Assembly: GCA_963921275.4 (NCBI GenBank) | Contig: OZ001293.3 | Span: 2,048,001-2,112,000, forward strand | Length of the DNA: 64,000 nucleotides | Direction of reading: 5' to 3' | From: an uncultured Hormoscilla sp. | Lineage (GTDB): Bacteria; Cyanobacteriota; Cyanobacteriia; Cyanobacteriales; Desertifilaceae | Part shown: one piece after another, positions 1 to 9,996 of the stretch | How positions within the stretch are numbered: position 1 is the first letter of the stretch | Layout: every line of letters starts with the position of its first letter | Notes under the pieces: generated by a model | The model's database searches: none | What the model was told of the DNA's origin: nothing | Seen by the model: the letters and a program-made list of their open reading frames with translations, nothing else | Made by a program: the position numbers and the translations under genes

Positions 1-663
1 AAAGGGAAACTGTCCGGGCATGTCCTCTCGTTCTTGCTGTACCAGCAATATCTGTTCCCATCGCTTGCTCTTGAGAGCATAACCCATTTCTACACATACA
101 TTCGGACTGGGTATCAGCTGCTGGCCCCTTTCCCGGGCCACCTGGGCGATCGCGGTCCCATCTGCCACAAACAGCAAACTCTTGCGGATCCGTCCCATCA
201 GTTTGCTTTTTAATCTAATGGGTGCGTTGCTGGGGCGATGGGATCCTTCCACCGCGATCGTCAGGCGCGATCGTCTATTAATATTGGAGACCACCCGATC
301 CAGTTCTTCCGAGATGGCTTCACTTGAGGTCGGGTACTCCGTCTGATAGCATAGGAATATTATCGGATCCAAATGGCCCATCACCTCTTGCTTCGCGAAA
401 TATATCTCGTGACTGGTCAGGTCTATATTGGAGATTGCGTACCCACCACTGCCTTCAATATAAAATTCTACGACATCTCCTTCCAGATAGCGCCCAAACC
501 ACTCTGAGTTTCTCACTTCTTCGCTATCTTCCAAGAAATCTGCTCGCAGAGCAGATTTTAGCAGACTATTTTTACTCAAGCGGATATCTGGAGGACGCTT
601 AATCAGCTCTCTTATCGGTTCGTACTCCTGAAGATACCATGCTTTCAGAGCAATTATCGCCAT
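1..663 (-). CDS. Conserved cyanobacterial hypothetical protein (runs off window start); C-terminal half has a TIR/nucleoside-deoxyribosyltransferase-like motif
   Basis: Absent from the ORF track because it has no stop in the window. Manual translation from ATG at 663: MAIIALKAWYLQEYEPIREL...SLLFVADGTAIA...IPSPNVCVEMGYALKSKRWEQILLVQ, open to position 1. The NVxxExGYA motif is typical of TIR/NDT-like folds. Confidence 0.75.
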   Translation of the reverse strand, partial: MAIIALKAWYLQEYEPIRELIKRPPDIRLSKNSLLKSALRADFLEDSEEVRNSEWFGRYLEGDVVEFYIEGSGGYAISNIDLTSHEIYFAKQEVMGHLDPIIFLCYQTEYPTSSEAISEELDRVVSNINRRSRLTIAVEGSHRPSNAPIRLKSKLMGRIRKSLLFVADGTAIAQVARERGQQLIPSPNVCVEMGYALKSKRWEQILLVQQEREDMPGQFPF

Positions 664-690
664 AATTCTTTTTCGCTGCTTCCCGTATTT

Positions 691-870
691 AAACCACAAC
701 AGCACCCGGTTCGCCCGACCGAGTGACTTCCTCCCTTGTTTGAGTCTATCTGGAGTTGAACTTATTCTACCATTTCTATCGCCCGTTTGGGCTATTGCGG
801 TAGTGTTCAAAGCTCCCAACTCTCTATATTGAGGAAGTTTCCGCCTTTTGCTTGGGTGCTGTTGTGGTTT
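691..870 (-). ncRNA. ssrS: 6S RNA-like rod-shaped RNA, copy 1 (most canonical)
   Basis: 180 nt bounded by a perfect 17-bp inverted repeat AAACCACAACAGCACCC/GGGTGCTGTTGTGGTTT. Nested pairings ACTTCCTC/GAGGAAGT, a central unpaired bubble, GGAG/CTCC, TTGAAC/GTTCAA and CTACC/GGTAG. Size and fold match cyanobacterial 6S RNA. Confidence 0.65.
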
Positions 871-1330
871 GACGAGACAGATCTAACTTAAACAGCTTTT
901 TTCCTCTTTTCTCTCAACGTGGACTTGGCTGCTTATCTGCCAGGGAAGCTAATGCTTCATGTTTCCACCTTAAACGCTTCTGGGTTCAGATGCCAACCCC
1001 TTGTAACAATTCTTTACATTTCCCGACCTTAAACACACAACAGCACCCGGTTCGCCCGACCGATTGACCTCCTCTCTACCGGTGTTTTTAGCTGGAGTTG
1101 CACTGATAACTCAGTTCCCTTGCTCCCACCTCTTTACTATGAGGAAGTTTCCGCCTTTTGCTTGGGTGCTGTTGTGGTTTGACGAGACAGATTTAACTTA
1201 AACAGCTTTTTTTCCTCTTTTCTCTCAACGTGGACTTGGCTGCTTATCTGCCAGGGAAGCTAATGCTTCATGTTTCTACCTTAAACGCTTCTGGGTTCGG
1301 ATGCCAACCCCTTGTAACAATTCTTTACAT
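829..1330. repeat. Near-identical ~190-bp direct repeat (829-1020 and 1139-1330, period 310 bp) covering the RNA 5' arm and upstream spacer
   Basis: Direct comparison of the two segments. A diverged third version at 1490-1645 keeps GAGACAGAT..TTAAACAGC, ATCTGCC.AGG.AAGCT and CTTTACATTT. Confidence 0.9.
1034..1180 (-). ncRNA. 6S RNA-like RNA, copy 2 (shorter apical domain)
   Basis: Same closing stem (CACAACAGCACCC/GGGTGCTGTTGTG) and first ~40 nt identical to copy 1; different central bubble and apical hairpin (CTGA-gtta-TCAG). Confidence 0.55.
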
Positions 1331-1346
1331 TTTTCCGATTGTAAAA

Positions 1347-1503
1347 CACAACAGCACCCGGTTTGCCGTGCCGAGTGCTTCCTCTCTAGTGCAATTATCT
1401 CTGGAGATTAACTGACCGACTCACTTTACAGCAGTCAGTTGCAGTTGTCGAGCTGCCCTACTCTACTTGAGGCCATCACTAGGCCCCGCTTGGGTGCTGT
1501 TGG
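1347..1503 (-). ncRNA. 6S RNA-like RNA, copy 3 (most diverged)
   Basis: Closing stem CAACAGCACCC/GGGTGCTGTTG and the GAGGAAG..CTCGG..AACCGGG 3' block are retained; it has its own apical hairpin AACTGACTG/CGGTCAGTT. Confidence 0.5.
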
Positions 1504-1663
1504 TAGAGACAGATTTTAAGTTAAACAGCCTTTGACATTAACGGTTCTACTGTTACATCTGCCCAGGAAGCTGAAACTGCTTCCTTTTCCCAGTATGGAC
1601 ACTCGATCGCTTGGGGAGCTAGAGATTAAACTAAACTTTACATTTGTTTGACTGACTTCACGA

Positions 1664-2053
1664 TTAGCAATAGGCTGTTACATCCTCCCCGCATTCATCC
1701 GCCAGATAGCACAGGGCCCGGAAGCGCAGGCCAACCACTTCGTTATAGAGGGGGTTGAGCTTGCACAGGGGCGGAACGTGAAACAGGGTGCGGCCAAAGA
1801 GTTTAATGTCGCGCTCAAAGGGACATTGGGTGGGAATGAACTGGCAGATATAATGGGCCAATTGGGGATTTCTCACTTCTATGCGATCGAGCCATTGCCG
1901 TAGGGGACGCAGCAGATCGAAGGAAGTCTGCTGTTGCCAGTGGGTGGGTGACAGGCTGTATGAAACCTGTTTGCGCAGCCATAACCAACTGGTAAGGGCA
2001 AGATTTTGCATGGTATAATGACAAACACTCATCTTTTTTTTCTTCGTCTCCAT
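1664..2053 (-). CDS. Mo-dependent nitrogenase C-terminal-domain family protein (not a nitrogenase)
   Basis: Motif IPTQCPFERDIKLFG...PPLCKLNPLY...LRFRALCYLADECGED. Confidence 0.85.
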   Translation of the reverse strand: METKKKKMSVCHYTMQNLALTSWLWLRKQVSYSLSPTHWQQQTSFDLLRPLRQWLDRIEVRNPQLAHYICQFIPTQCPFERDIKLFGRTLFHVPPLCKLNPLYNEVVGLRFRALCYLADECGEDVTAYC

Positions 2054-2438
2054 TAGGTGCTACTGAGGTAAGACCTGCTATCACATGTAGCAATTTTTTA
2101 CCTTATGCACCCTGAATGTTGGCTGAGTCACACCTCTTTGGTGAACTCATATTTATATTCTGGCTCGGTTAGCTCTGTTTTGAGATGAGAGATCTCACTG
2201 GATTTATGTGCGTGTAGTTCGTTATTATCGTGATGCAATTATGACGTAAGTATGATTTCCCTCACAGTCAAGAGTTCGACCTAAGACTGACTTTACGGCT
2301 TCCCAGGCGCGAAGCTTCGTAGTAAGCACGAAGAGTCTCCGCACGAAACTCAACCGGTGCATCTTATTCTTGGCAGAAGGATGAACGAGAAGCGAGAAAA
2401 TATGATAAAATCGAGCAGAGGTAAGAGAGGAGAAAAAC

Positions 2439-3911
2439 ATGACAGAAAAGAAAAAGGAACTGACAACCAGTTTCGGAATTCCGGTGAGTGACAACCAGAA
2501 TTCTCTGACAGCGGGAAGTCAAGGTCCGATCTTGATGCAAGACTTCCAGCTAATTGAGAAACTGGCTCATTTTAACCGCGAACGCATTCCGGAACGAGTA
2601 GTACATGCGAAGGGTGCGGGGGCCCATGGTTACTTTGAACTAACAGCAGATGTCACCCAATGGACAAAGGCAAAGTTCTTAGATAAGGTGGAAAAACGGA
2701 CGCCAGTGTTCCTGCGTTTCTCGACTGTGGGGGGAGAAAAAGGTTCGGCGGATACGGCCCGGGATCCGCGCTGGTTTGCGGTCAAGTTCTACACGGAGGC
2801 AGGAAATTATGATATCGTCGGGAATAATACGCCGACTTTTTTTATTCGCGACCCGCAGAAGTTCCCGGACTTGATTCACAGTCAAAAACGCAATCCTCAA
2901 ACCAATTGCAAGGATCCTAATGCGGTTTGGGACTTCTTTTCTCTCTCTCCAGAATCACTCCATCAGGTTACCATTTTGTATTCAGACCGGGGTACTCCTA
3001 AGTCCTATCGCCACATGAATGGCTATGGTAGCCATACTTTTAAGTGGATTAATGCTGAGGGGAAGGCGGTTTGGGTTAAGTATCATTTTAAGACTGACCA
3101 GTCCATTGCTAACTTTACTCGGGAAGAAGCAACCCAGATGGCAGGAGTTGATGCTGACTACGCTACGCGAGACCTGTTTGAGGCGATCGCCAATCAGAAC
3201 TACCCCAGTTGGACTGTGAAAGTGCAGATCATGCCTTTAGAAGATGCGGCGACTTACCGCTTCGATCCCTTCGACTTGACGAAGGTCTGGCCCCATAAGG
3301 ACTATCCGATGATTGTGATCGGGAACCTGGTGCTCGATCGCAACCCGGAAAATTACTTTGCGGAAGTAGAACAAGCAGCATTTTCTCCCTCTAACGTAGT
3401 GCCGGGAATCAGCTTTTCTCCAGATAAAATGCTGCAAGGGCGTTTGTTTGCCTATCCGGATGCTCATCGTTACCGTCTGGGTGCAAACTATGCTAACCTG
3501 CCAATCAACTGTCCCCATGCGACTAAGGCGATGAACTATCAGCGGGATGGGGCGATGCGCTTTGATGATAATGGCGGTGCTAGTGTTAACTACGAACCGA
3601 ATAGTTTTGGCGGTCCCACGGAATCACCGGAGTATAAAGAACCCGCTTTTGAGGTTTCGGAGATGGCCGATCGGACCGCATTTGAGCGCAGTGATGACGA
3701 CTTTGTCCAGGCGGGGGAACTTTATCGGATCCTGAGTGCAGAGGAGAAAGCGCGTCTGGTGGATAATATTGTCGATAGCATGAAACCTGTAAAGCGAGAG
3801 ATTCAGTTGCGGCAAATTCCCCATTTCTACAAAGCCGATCCAGATTATGGTACTCGTGTAGCAGAGGGTTTGGGTATTGAGATCAAAGAAGTGCTCAAAT
3901 CAATGAATTGA
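2439..3911 (+). CDS. katA: Monofunctional small-subunit heme catalase
   Basis: [15 protein letters not shown] (distal His), VGNN (Asn) and [14 protein letters not shown] (proximal Tyr); 490 aa. Confidence 0.93.
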   Translation: MTEKKKELTTSFGIPVSDNQNSLTAGSQGPILMQDFQLIEKLAHFNRERIPERVVHAKGAGAHGYFELTADVTQWTKAKFLDKVEKRTPVFLRFSTVGGEKGSADTARDPRWFAVKFYTEAGNYDIVGNNTPTFFIRDPQKFPDLIHSQKRNPQTNCKDPNAVWDFFSLSPESLHQVTILYSDRGTPKSYRHMNGYGSHTFKWINAEGKAVWVKYHFKTDQSIANFTREEATQMAGVDADYATRDLFEAIANQNYPSWTVKVQIMPLEDAATYRFDPFDLTKVWPHKDYPMIVIGNLVLDRNPENYFAEVEQAAFSPSNVVPGISFSPDKMLQGRLFAYPDAHRYRLGANYANLPINCPHATKAMNYQRDGAMRFDDNGGASVNYEPNSFGGPTESPEYKEPAFEVSEMADRTAFERSDDDFVQAGELYRILSAEEKARLVDNIVDSMKPVKREIQLRQIPHFYKADPDYGTRVAEGLGIEIKEVLKSMN

Positions 3912-4000
3912 TTCGCATCCCTCACCCTAAAGGGTGGGGCTACCCAAACGAAGCCCGCCTGCGCGGGCTTCAAGCCGCACTTTGTCAGGTGCCTAATAAC

Positions 4001-4357
4001 TTATAAATAGGTAACGTTTTTGTTTTTATCAATTTGTATATGTTTTAAACGCTGAAGTTCTGAGACTATTTTTTCCTTCTCTGAATCAGAAATACCGCCT
4101 TGAAACTGGAACATTGAATTTATTGAGTTTAACAGAGAGCGCATCTTACTCGCTTTTAGTTTTTTGAGCCTTTTAATAACATATTGAATTGTTTCCGCAC
4201 TATTTTTGTCAAAATGTTGTTGACTGTTTTCAAGCTGTTTTTGAGGATTTTGATTTTCTTCTTCCTTCCTGGCAAGCTGTATCAACAACTGTGCCAAACG
4301 CAACTTATCCCTATATCCGAGCTGCTCGCATAATTCAGCTATCCGATCGTAAGTCAT
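4001..4357 (-). CDS. Hypothetical protein, AT-rich
   Basis: 118-aa ORF with a GGAGGAG RBS upstream; family not recognised. Confidence 0.55.
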   Translation of the reverse strand: MTYDRIAELCEQLGYRDKLRLAQLLIQLARKEEENQNPQKQLENSQQHFDKNSAETIQYVIKRLKKLKASKMRSLLNSINSMFQFQGGISDSEKEKIVSELQRLKHIQIDKNKNVTYL

Positions 4358-4964
4358 GACATCTCCTCCATTGTTAACTTACTTAACTACGTTGCGGTGT
4401 CTCCTGGGAGACACCGCCTCAGGCTCGCATCTTCCGTAGGAGCACGTGTATTTTTTTGTAGCTTGTGGGCTGAGAGCCTTGCCTCGTCATAAATTTCAGC
4501 TTGTATGTTGCACCCCCCTGCTATTATACATGAAATTCAGCAGCTTGAGTTGGAAATTTCAGCAAAAATGAGATGCAGTCGTCAATCTTGAGCAAAAAAT
4601 TGTTTCATTCCGCTTCCTTACTCGCGTTGCTGGGCGTGACAGGACATATGTGCCACCGCTGGTTGGGGAGGCGAGAGGACCTCGGTTGTAAAACTGCTCC
4701 ATTGTTCATGGCCTTAGTTCTATCATGAGGGATATCCTGCCTGGTGGACATGAGGCGTGACAGCTACTCAAACCCTGATTTGGAGTCAGCAACAAAATGC
4801 CTCAAACCCTCATGATTGCGTTCTTGAGAACCCCAACTCCGAACTAGGGAACTCCGAACTGGTGAACGGGTGTAGTCAAAACCCGTTGATAAAAATATTG
4901 ATCCCCCAGCCCTCAGATTTTGACCACGGTGAACTCACGTTGGTGGGCGGTGCTGGATGCCATT

Positions 4965-5205
4965 TTAAATATGATTTGCCCCTAAGCAAATATGATTTGC
5001 TTCTGAGCATATATTATTTGTCCCTGAGCCCTGAGCATATATGATTTACCCCTGAACATATATGATTTTTTTCTGAGAATAATATATGATTTGCCTTTGA
5101 GCATATATGATTTGCCTCTGAGCATATATGATTTGCCCCTGAGCAAATATGATTTGTACATTTTAAATCATATTTGCCCCTGAGCAAATATGATTTGCGC
5201 CTGCA
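4965..5205. repeat. Degenerate tandem repeat, ~21-nt unit GCCCCTGAGCA(A/T)ATATGATTT
   Basis: About 10 imperfect units visible, with no spacers. Confidence 0.85.
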
Positions 5206-5362
5206 AATCTATGTAATGATGCGGAGTTTCCCTGGGATCCCCCGACTAGATGCTAGACTTCTCCAGAAGTGCCTCAACTCCTTCAGTACCCTGAAAAAAG
5301 TTCAATTGATGACCGCGAAACAAATGCCGGACGTGATAGCGAGTTGGTGTTGCGGGCAGTAT

Positions 5363-5551
5363 TTACCCTCGGTTAGATAGCAGTGACAGCAAACTTTCAG
5401 GTTTACCGTGATTAACTAACAGATATACTGCTTCCATGAAACTGGTTTTACCAATTTCGTTACTACCAACAATCAAGTTGACTCGCCCTAATCCTGTGAT
5501 GGTAAAATCTTTGAAGCAGCGGTAGTTTTCTATCGTAATATCTCGTAACAT
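5363..5551 (-). pseudogene. N-terminal fragment of an AAA/ABC-type ATPase
   Basis: ITIENYRCFKDF...VNLIVGSNEIGKTSFMEAV (Walker A-like), truncated at 62 aa. Confidence 0.75.
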
Positions 5552-6163
5552 TTCCCCGGTTCTCGTTCTTAGGTTCGTAGTAAGGACTTTAGTCCTTCTG
5601 CGGGTAGGTTGAGCACATTGCCAGTTCGACCCTTACTAGGATGGTCAAACAAATTGGGCAACAAGATATCTAAATAGTAGGACATAATTATTTAAATAAT
5701 TGTCAAATCAATAAGGGTGTGGTCAAAATTCGTTGTTACACGGCTGACGCCGCGCTGCGCGATCGGCCTCGCCGCCCGAACCCTGAAGGGTCCGGCTATA
5801 TGAACAAAGCCCGCCTGCGCGGGCTATATTACACGCATCACCAGATGCACCCATCAACTACTTGTGACCGCACCCAGTCAATAAGGCTAAGGGAGTTCCA
5901 AAAAATAAATTCCCCAATTTTATCGCTGTACCAACTGGTGCATCCAGACTACTGGATAATCTTGGAGGATTATTTACTTGGACTTCCCTATAACCCTTGC
6001 TGTGTGGTAATTTGAAGCTTTCGACTACAAACTACGAACCGCGTAGCGTTGCGAGGTACGAATTATCATGTGCTTAAGCCAGGTTAGGCTGGTAAAACTT
6101 CGATCGTCGAGGGTGAGAAAGCATTGCTCTGGACCGTTGTTCTTGATTTTGGCTGTTTACCCA

Positions 6164-6988
6164 TCAGGTACACAAACATGATAGATAAGTAGGTGAGCAT
6201 TGAGATGCTGGCTTGACAGTTGCCAGGGCTTCCACTAAACTGCGGACAGCAGCAATCATTGCCACTTCGCTATCCAGGCGGTTAACGGCAGAACCGACGC
6301 CGACGCCAGCAGCACCAGCGGCGATCGCCAGGGGTGCGGTAACGCTAGAGATACCGGAAGCACAAAGCACTGGCACTCGGACGGCGCGGGAAATTTCATA
6401 AGCAGCAGCTAAGGTAGGAGCAGCTTTTTCGATCAACCCGAGGGTGCCCGAGTGAGTGGGGGTGCTGCTAGTACCGCCTTCAGTTTGAATGATATCAGCC
6501 CCCGCCTGCACCAAGTCTTCAGCCAGTTGCACCTGTCGATCCAAGGGCAAGATGTGAGGGACCGTAACGGAGAGGGTAATATCAGGAAGGAGCGATCGGG
6601 TTTGGCGAGTCAGCTGCAACACCTCTGGGGCCTCAAACCGCCGTCCTTGAGCATAGAAAGCATCAAAGTTACCAATTTCAATCAAGTCAGCACCAGCGGC
6701 CACCACAGGAGGGAACTTCTCCGGTTCCACAGCGGAGACGCAGACAGGCAAGTTGCCGATCTGACAACACAGGCGCACCAAGTCTGGGTCGGCAGCAATA
6801 TCAACGCAAGTAGCACCGCCCAAGTCAGCCGCCTTGACAGTAGCAGCGACCTTTTGGGGATTAAAATTAGTCAAGCCACTGATAATCTTGAGTACATCGC
6901 CTCGAAGGGCAAAGGCACTCTGGAGTTTGGGATGCATCATGGTTCGTTCAACTGTTTGGTGAAAAACTGCCAGCAATTTAGCTGGCAT
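6164..6988 (-). CDS. DUF561/Ycf23 family TIM-barrel protein
   Basis: LKIISGLTNF, GGATCVDIAAD, IEIGNFDAFY, IQTEGG and CASGIS motifs; true start is probably near 6940. Confidence 0.85.
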   Translation of the reverse strand: MPAKLLAVFHQTVERTMMHPKLQSAFALRGDVLKIISGLTNFNPQKVAATVKAADLGGATCVDIAADPDLVRLCCQIGNLPVCVSAVEPEKFPPVVAAGADLIEIGNFDAFYAQGRRFEAPEVLQLTRQTRSLLPDITLSVTVPHILPLDRQVQLAEDLVQAGADIIQTEGGTSSTPTHSGTLGLIEKAAPTLAAAYEISRAVRVPVLCASGISSVTAPLAIAAGAAGVGVGSAVNRLDSEVAMIAAVRSLVEALATVKPASQCSPTYLSCLCT

Positions 6989-7052
6989 AGTCCTAAAGTA
7001 GACCTAAAGTAGAATAACTCGAACAGAGTCAGACTTAATTACTAGTTAGCTT

Positions 7053-7451
7053 ATGGAAACAATAGCACGTCAGGATCAGTTACACAATTGGCAACAGAGA
7101 GTACAGCAGGAGTTGCAGTCGCGACTGTCTGCGGATATGCAGGTGTGGTGCAAACTCCAGCAGGAAACCTTGCTAGTTTTGGTGCAACACGGGGCAGAAC
7201 CGGTTGATAGGCAACAAACCTTCTATATCCTACAGCAGGCTCTACTCGCCCAGCCTCTCCCTGCTGTCCGCCAGGTGAGAATGTTCCTGAGAGTGGCTGG
7301 GGAAAAGCAGCCTTATGCCGAGCGAAATTTTACCATTATCTATAAGGTAGAGCCAGGGAGAAAGCAGCAGAACCTTACGGTTATTTTCTTGTCACGTCTA
7401 CAGCAAAGTTACTCATCAAGTCTCGGGACGCCGCGCTGGGGAGTTATATAA
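7053..7451 (+). CDS. Hypothetical protein; probably the N-terminal part of the following gene
   Basis: 132-aa ORF directly upstream of and co-oriented with 7484-8866. Confidence 0.5.
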   Translation: METIARQDQLHNWQQRVQQELQSRLSADMQVWCKLQQETLLVLVQHGAEPVDRQQTFYILQQALLAQPLPAVRQVRMFLRVAGEKQPYAERNFTIIYKVEPGRKQQNLTVIFLSRLQQSYSSSLGTPRWGVI

Positions 7452-7483
7452 TTAATCATCTCAAAATCAGTCTGCACAAAGGC

Positions 7484-8866
7484 TTGAGATTGACAGGCAA
7501 TAATTTGTTAATGCAACAGAAAGTTTTAGCTAAAAAGGATTCGCGATCACGGGGTAGGCAGAAATCACGGCCTACTCAATATAAGTTGCTGTTAGTAGCA
7601 GGGATGGGGATTAGCATTGTATCTTTCCTGGGGGCATTTTATGCTTTAACTCGTCCCTGCGCGATCGTGGGGCGATGCGCGAACATAGAAACAGCCTCGG
7701 AATTAATCTCTTCAGCAGCAGCAACCGCTGAGTCTGAAAAGAATACTGCAGGACTGAAATTAGCCCTAGAAAAATTGGTAACGGCGACCCAGGACTTGGA
7801 AAAGATTCCCCTCTGGTCGGGCCATCACGCTAGAACCCAACAGATGTTAGAGAGTAACCAACTACAGGCGCAGAATTTGGACTTGATGGTCAGGGCGATG
7901 GATAAGGCCATGTCAGCGGCAATTATGAGTCAAGATCTGCCCCATCCTGTGGAAAAATGGCAAGAGATGAAGTTACTCTGGCAGCAGGCGATCGCCCTGC
8001 TATCAATCATAACTCCAGACAGCTACGTGCATGAACTGCGGTCGAAAAAAATTCAGGAATACGGGGCCAACTTGGTGGCGATCGAAAAGCGATTGCAATT
8101 AGAGAAAGAGGCCATTGAACAACTAGAAGCAGCGAAAGAGTTAGCAAGCATTGCTTTAGCGCGTCAGGGAATAGCTCAAACTCTAGAAAATTGGATTCTA
8201 GTGCAAGCAACCTGGTCGGAAGCGGTAAATGGGCTGTCGGCTGTGAACAAAGGGACAATGGCAGTTCTAGAGGCCCAGCAGCTATGGGTAGCATATCAGT
8301 CGGAGTTGGCATCGGCACGCGATCTGCAAACCAGAGAGGAATTTTCTAGTACAACATACCAAGAAGCATTGAGATTAGCGAAAAAAGCCAAAAGCTTCTC
8401 CGAACAGCAGGAATACGGGCAAGCGGTAAGCAACTGGCGTCTAGCCCTCACCTATGCCCAGCAGGTGCCCAAAGACAGCTTTCACTACCCAGTTGCGCAA
8501 CCGCTAATCAGTTTCTACAGTGCTTTCCTAGCAGCAGCGGAAGTCAAATTAAGAGTCGCCCTAGTCTTAAAAACAGCCCGCTCCCATCTATATCGTGCCT
8601 GTTCGGGTATACCAACGATCTGCGAATATAATGTGACTGAAAATTTAATCACAGTGCAGTTGAAACCAGAATATGTCCGCGCGGTGAAAGAGACCTTTAT
8701 CACGGCGAGGAAGAGAGGCGACTACGATACATTAGTAAACATAGACGAACATATGGACAGTTTGCGAGCGGCCCTGCAAGCGATCAGCGATAACGCAGAT
8801 ATTCCCCTAGAACTATACGATCAATACGGTCAATTGAAGGGGTCTTACGTGCCGAATAGATCCTAG
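7484..8866 (+). CDS. Membrane-anchored helical-repeat hypothetical protein
   Basis: One TM segment (LLLVAGMGISIVSFLGAFYAL) followed by TRPC and repeated W..A...L..I/V helices. Confidence 0.65.
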   Translation: MRLTGNNLLMQQKVLAKKDSRSRGRQKSRPTQYKLLLVAGMGISIVSFLGAFYALTRPCAIVGRCANIETASELISSAAATAESEKNTAGLKLALEKLVTATQDLEKIPLWSGHHARTQQMLESNQLQAQNLDLMVRAMDKAMSAAIMSQDLPHPVEKWQEMKLLWQQAIALLSIITPDSYVHELRSKKIQEYGANLVAIEKRLQLEKEAIEQLEAAKELASIALARQGIAQTLENWILVQATWSEAVNGLSAVNKGTMAVLEAQQLWVAYQSELASARDLQTREEFSSTTYQEALRLAKKAKSFSEQQEYGQAVSNWRLALTYAQQVPKDSFHYPVAQPLISFYSAFLAAAEVKLRVALVLKTARSHLYRACSGIPTICEYNVTENLITVQLKPEYVRAVKETFITARKRGDYDTLVNIDEHMDSLRAALQAISDNADIPLELYDQYGQLKGSYVPNRS

Positions 8867-8936
8867 AACTGCTCCTCAGCCAGAAACCAGGCTTTAAAGT
8901 AATTACCTGGTTTATCAATTCAAAAAAGCGATATAA

Positions 8937-9374
8937 TTGCAGCAGATAGTCAATGAGGAACGCGGTAATATTTCGATGTCTTCCGCACGCTCTTGTCCTG
9001 AAGGACATGCGCTGCGCGCACGCTACGCGATCGGCATGCTCCAGACATCGACTCGAGAGCTAATCGATTTAAGAACCAGTATATTAGAGGGGCGTTACAT
9101 GGATGCTTTAGCAATTGTCGATGAGCTAGAGGGAATGAGTAAACAGGCAGTATTGCGCAATATTGAATCATTTTTAATCAGAATGCTGATTCACTTGATT
9201 AAAAACCAAGTAGAAGAGCGATTAACCAATTCTTGGGCAGCTGCAATTAGAGATTCAGTCCGAGAAATTCACAAGCTTAATATCAAAGATAATAAAACAT
9301 CATATTACATAAAGTCAGATGAATTGCAGTCGGCGATCGAGGATGAACTGGAAGGGTCCTGCTCGTCCGCCTAA
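8937..9374 (+). pseudogene. DUF29 family protein, 3'-truncated
   Basis: Paralog of 28502 and 29096 (ELIDLRTSILE..ALAIVDELEGMSK..RLTNSW); ends prematurely against the oppositely oriented peptidase fragment. Confidence 0.75.
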
Positions 9375-9894
9375 ATCCAAGTCGGGATGGCGAGACAAAT
9401 TAACTATACCGCAAACCTTGCCAGTGCGCTGATTTAGTAATGCCGAACCACTAAACCCAGGTTTCAATTGTCCTTCTTTTAATTTGTACAGAGGTGAATT
9501 GGCTTTGAAACCCTCTCCTTCATACTCTACTGTTGCTGAATCACCGTCGGGATAATCCTTTGGGTAGCCATAGACGTAGAAGCGATCGCCTAATATAGGG
9601 TCTGATGGATCTAAATGAACGCAAGGATGATTAGGAACTTGACCCTCGAATCTCAAAACTGCCCAATCAAGATAAGTTTCTGCTTGAGCATTTCTCAATT
9701 ATTGCTTTGTAGTTCTGATGTTGCCAGAACAAGTCAACAGGCAGGTTCCCAGCCTTTTTTACAGTATGGGCATAGGCAAGGAGCAACCTAGGAGCCACAA
9801 AGAAACCTGTTCCCCGATCGCCTGGTACGCTTAAGCGGAGGGTACATTGCTGCAAGAGTTTGTCTAATGCACTTCCATCTTCTAGATTTAACAA
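9362..9894 (-). pseudogene. Trypsin-like serine peptidase, frameshifted and truncated
   Basis: GTGFFVAP..AHTV (His) in one frame; DWAVL (Asp), YGYP and PGFSGSALLN (Ser) in another frame. Confidence 0.8.
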
Positions 9895-9996
9895 CTGGAT
9901 GCATCTTTTGTAATCTAGCCCGCGCAGGCGGGTCTGGAATGTGTAGCCCTACCCTTTAGGGTTCTGGCGGCGGGGTAGCAGCCTTCCTTTATGGAG

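Noticed and set aside
324..602. 92-aa plus-strand ORF
   Set aside because: It is the antisense shadow of the minus-strand gene at 663 to <1.
1001..1018. NtcA box upstream of the RNA units
   Set aside because: The spacing is GTA-N9-TAC rather than N8.
691..1503. CRISPR array or retron msr-msd array
   Set aside because: Units are ~310 bp, the variable parts remain homologous and self-pairing, and no cas gene or retron-type RT is adjacent in the window. A 6S-like fold fits better.
1664..2053. Nitrogen fixation gene
   Set aside because: The domain name is historical; the protein has no nif motifs and no nif genes are nearby.
4965..5205. CRISPR array or iterons (same consideration for 28005-28100)
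   Set aside because: These are plain ~21-bp tandem repeats without spacers or a neighbouring rep or cas gene.
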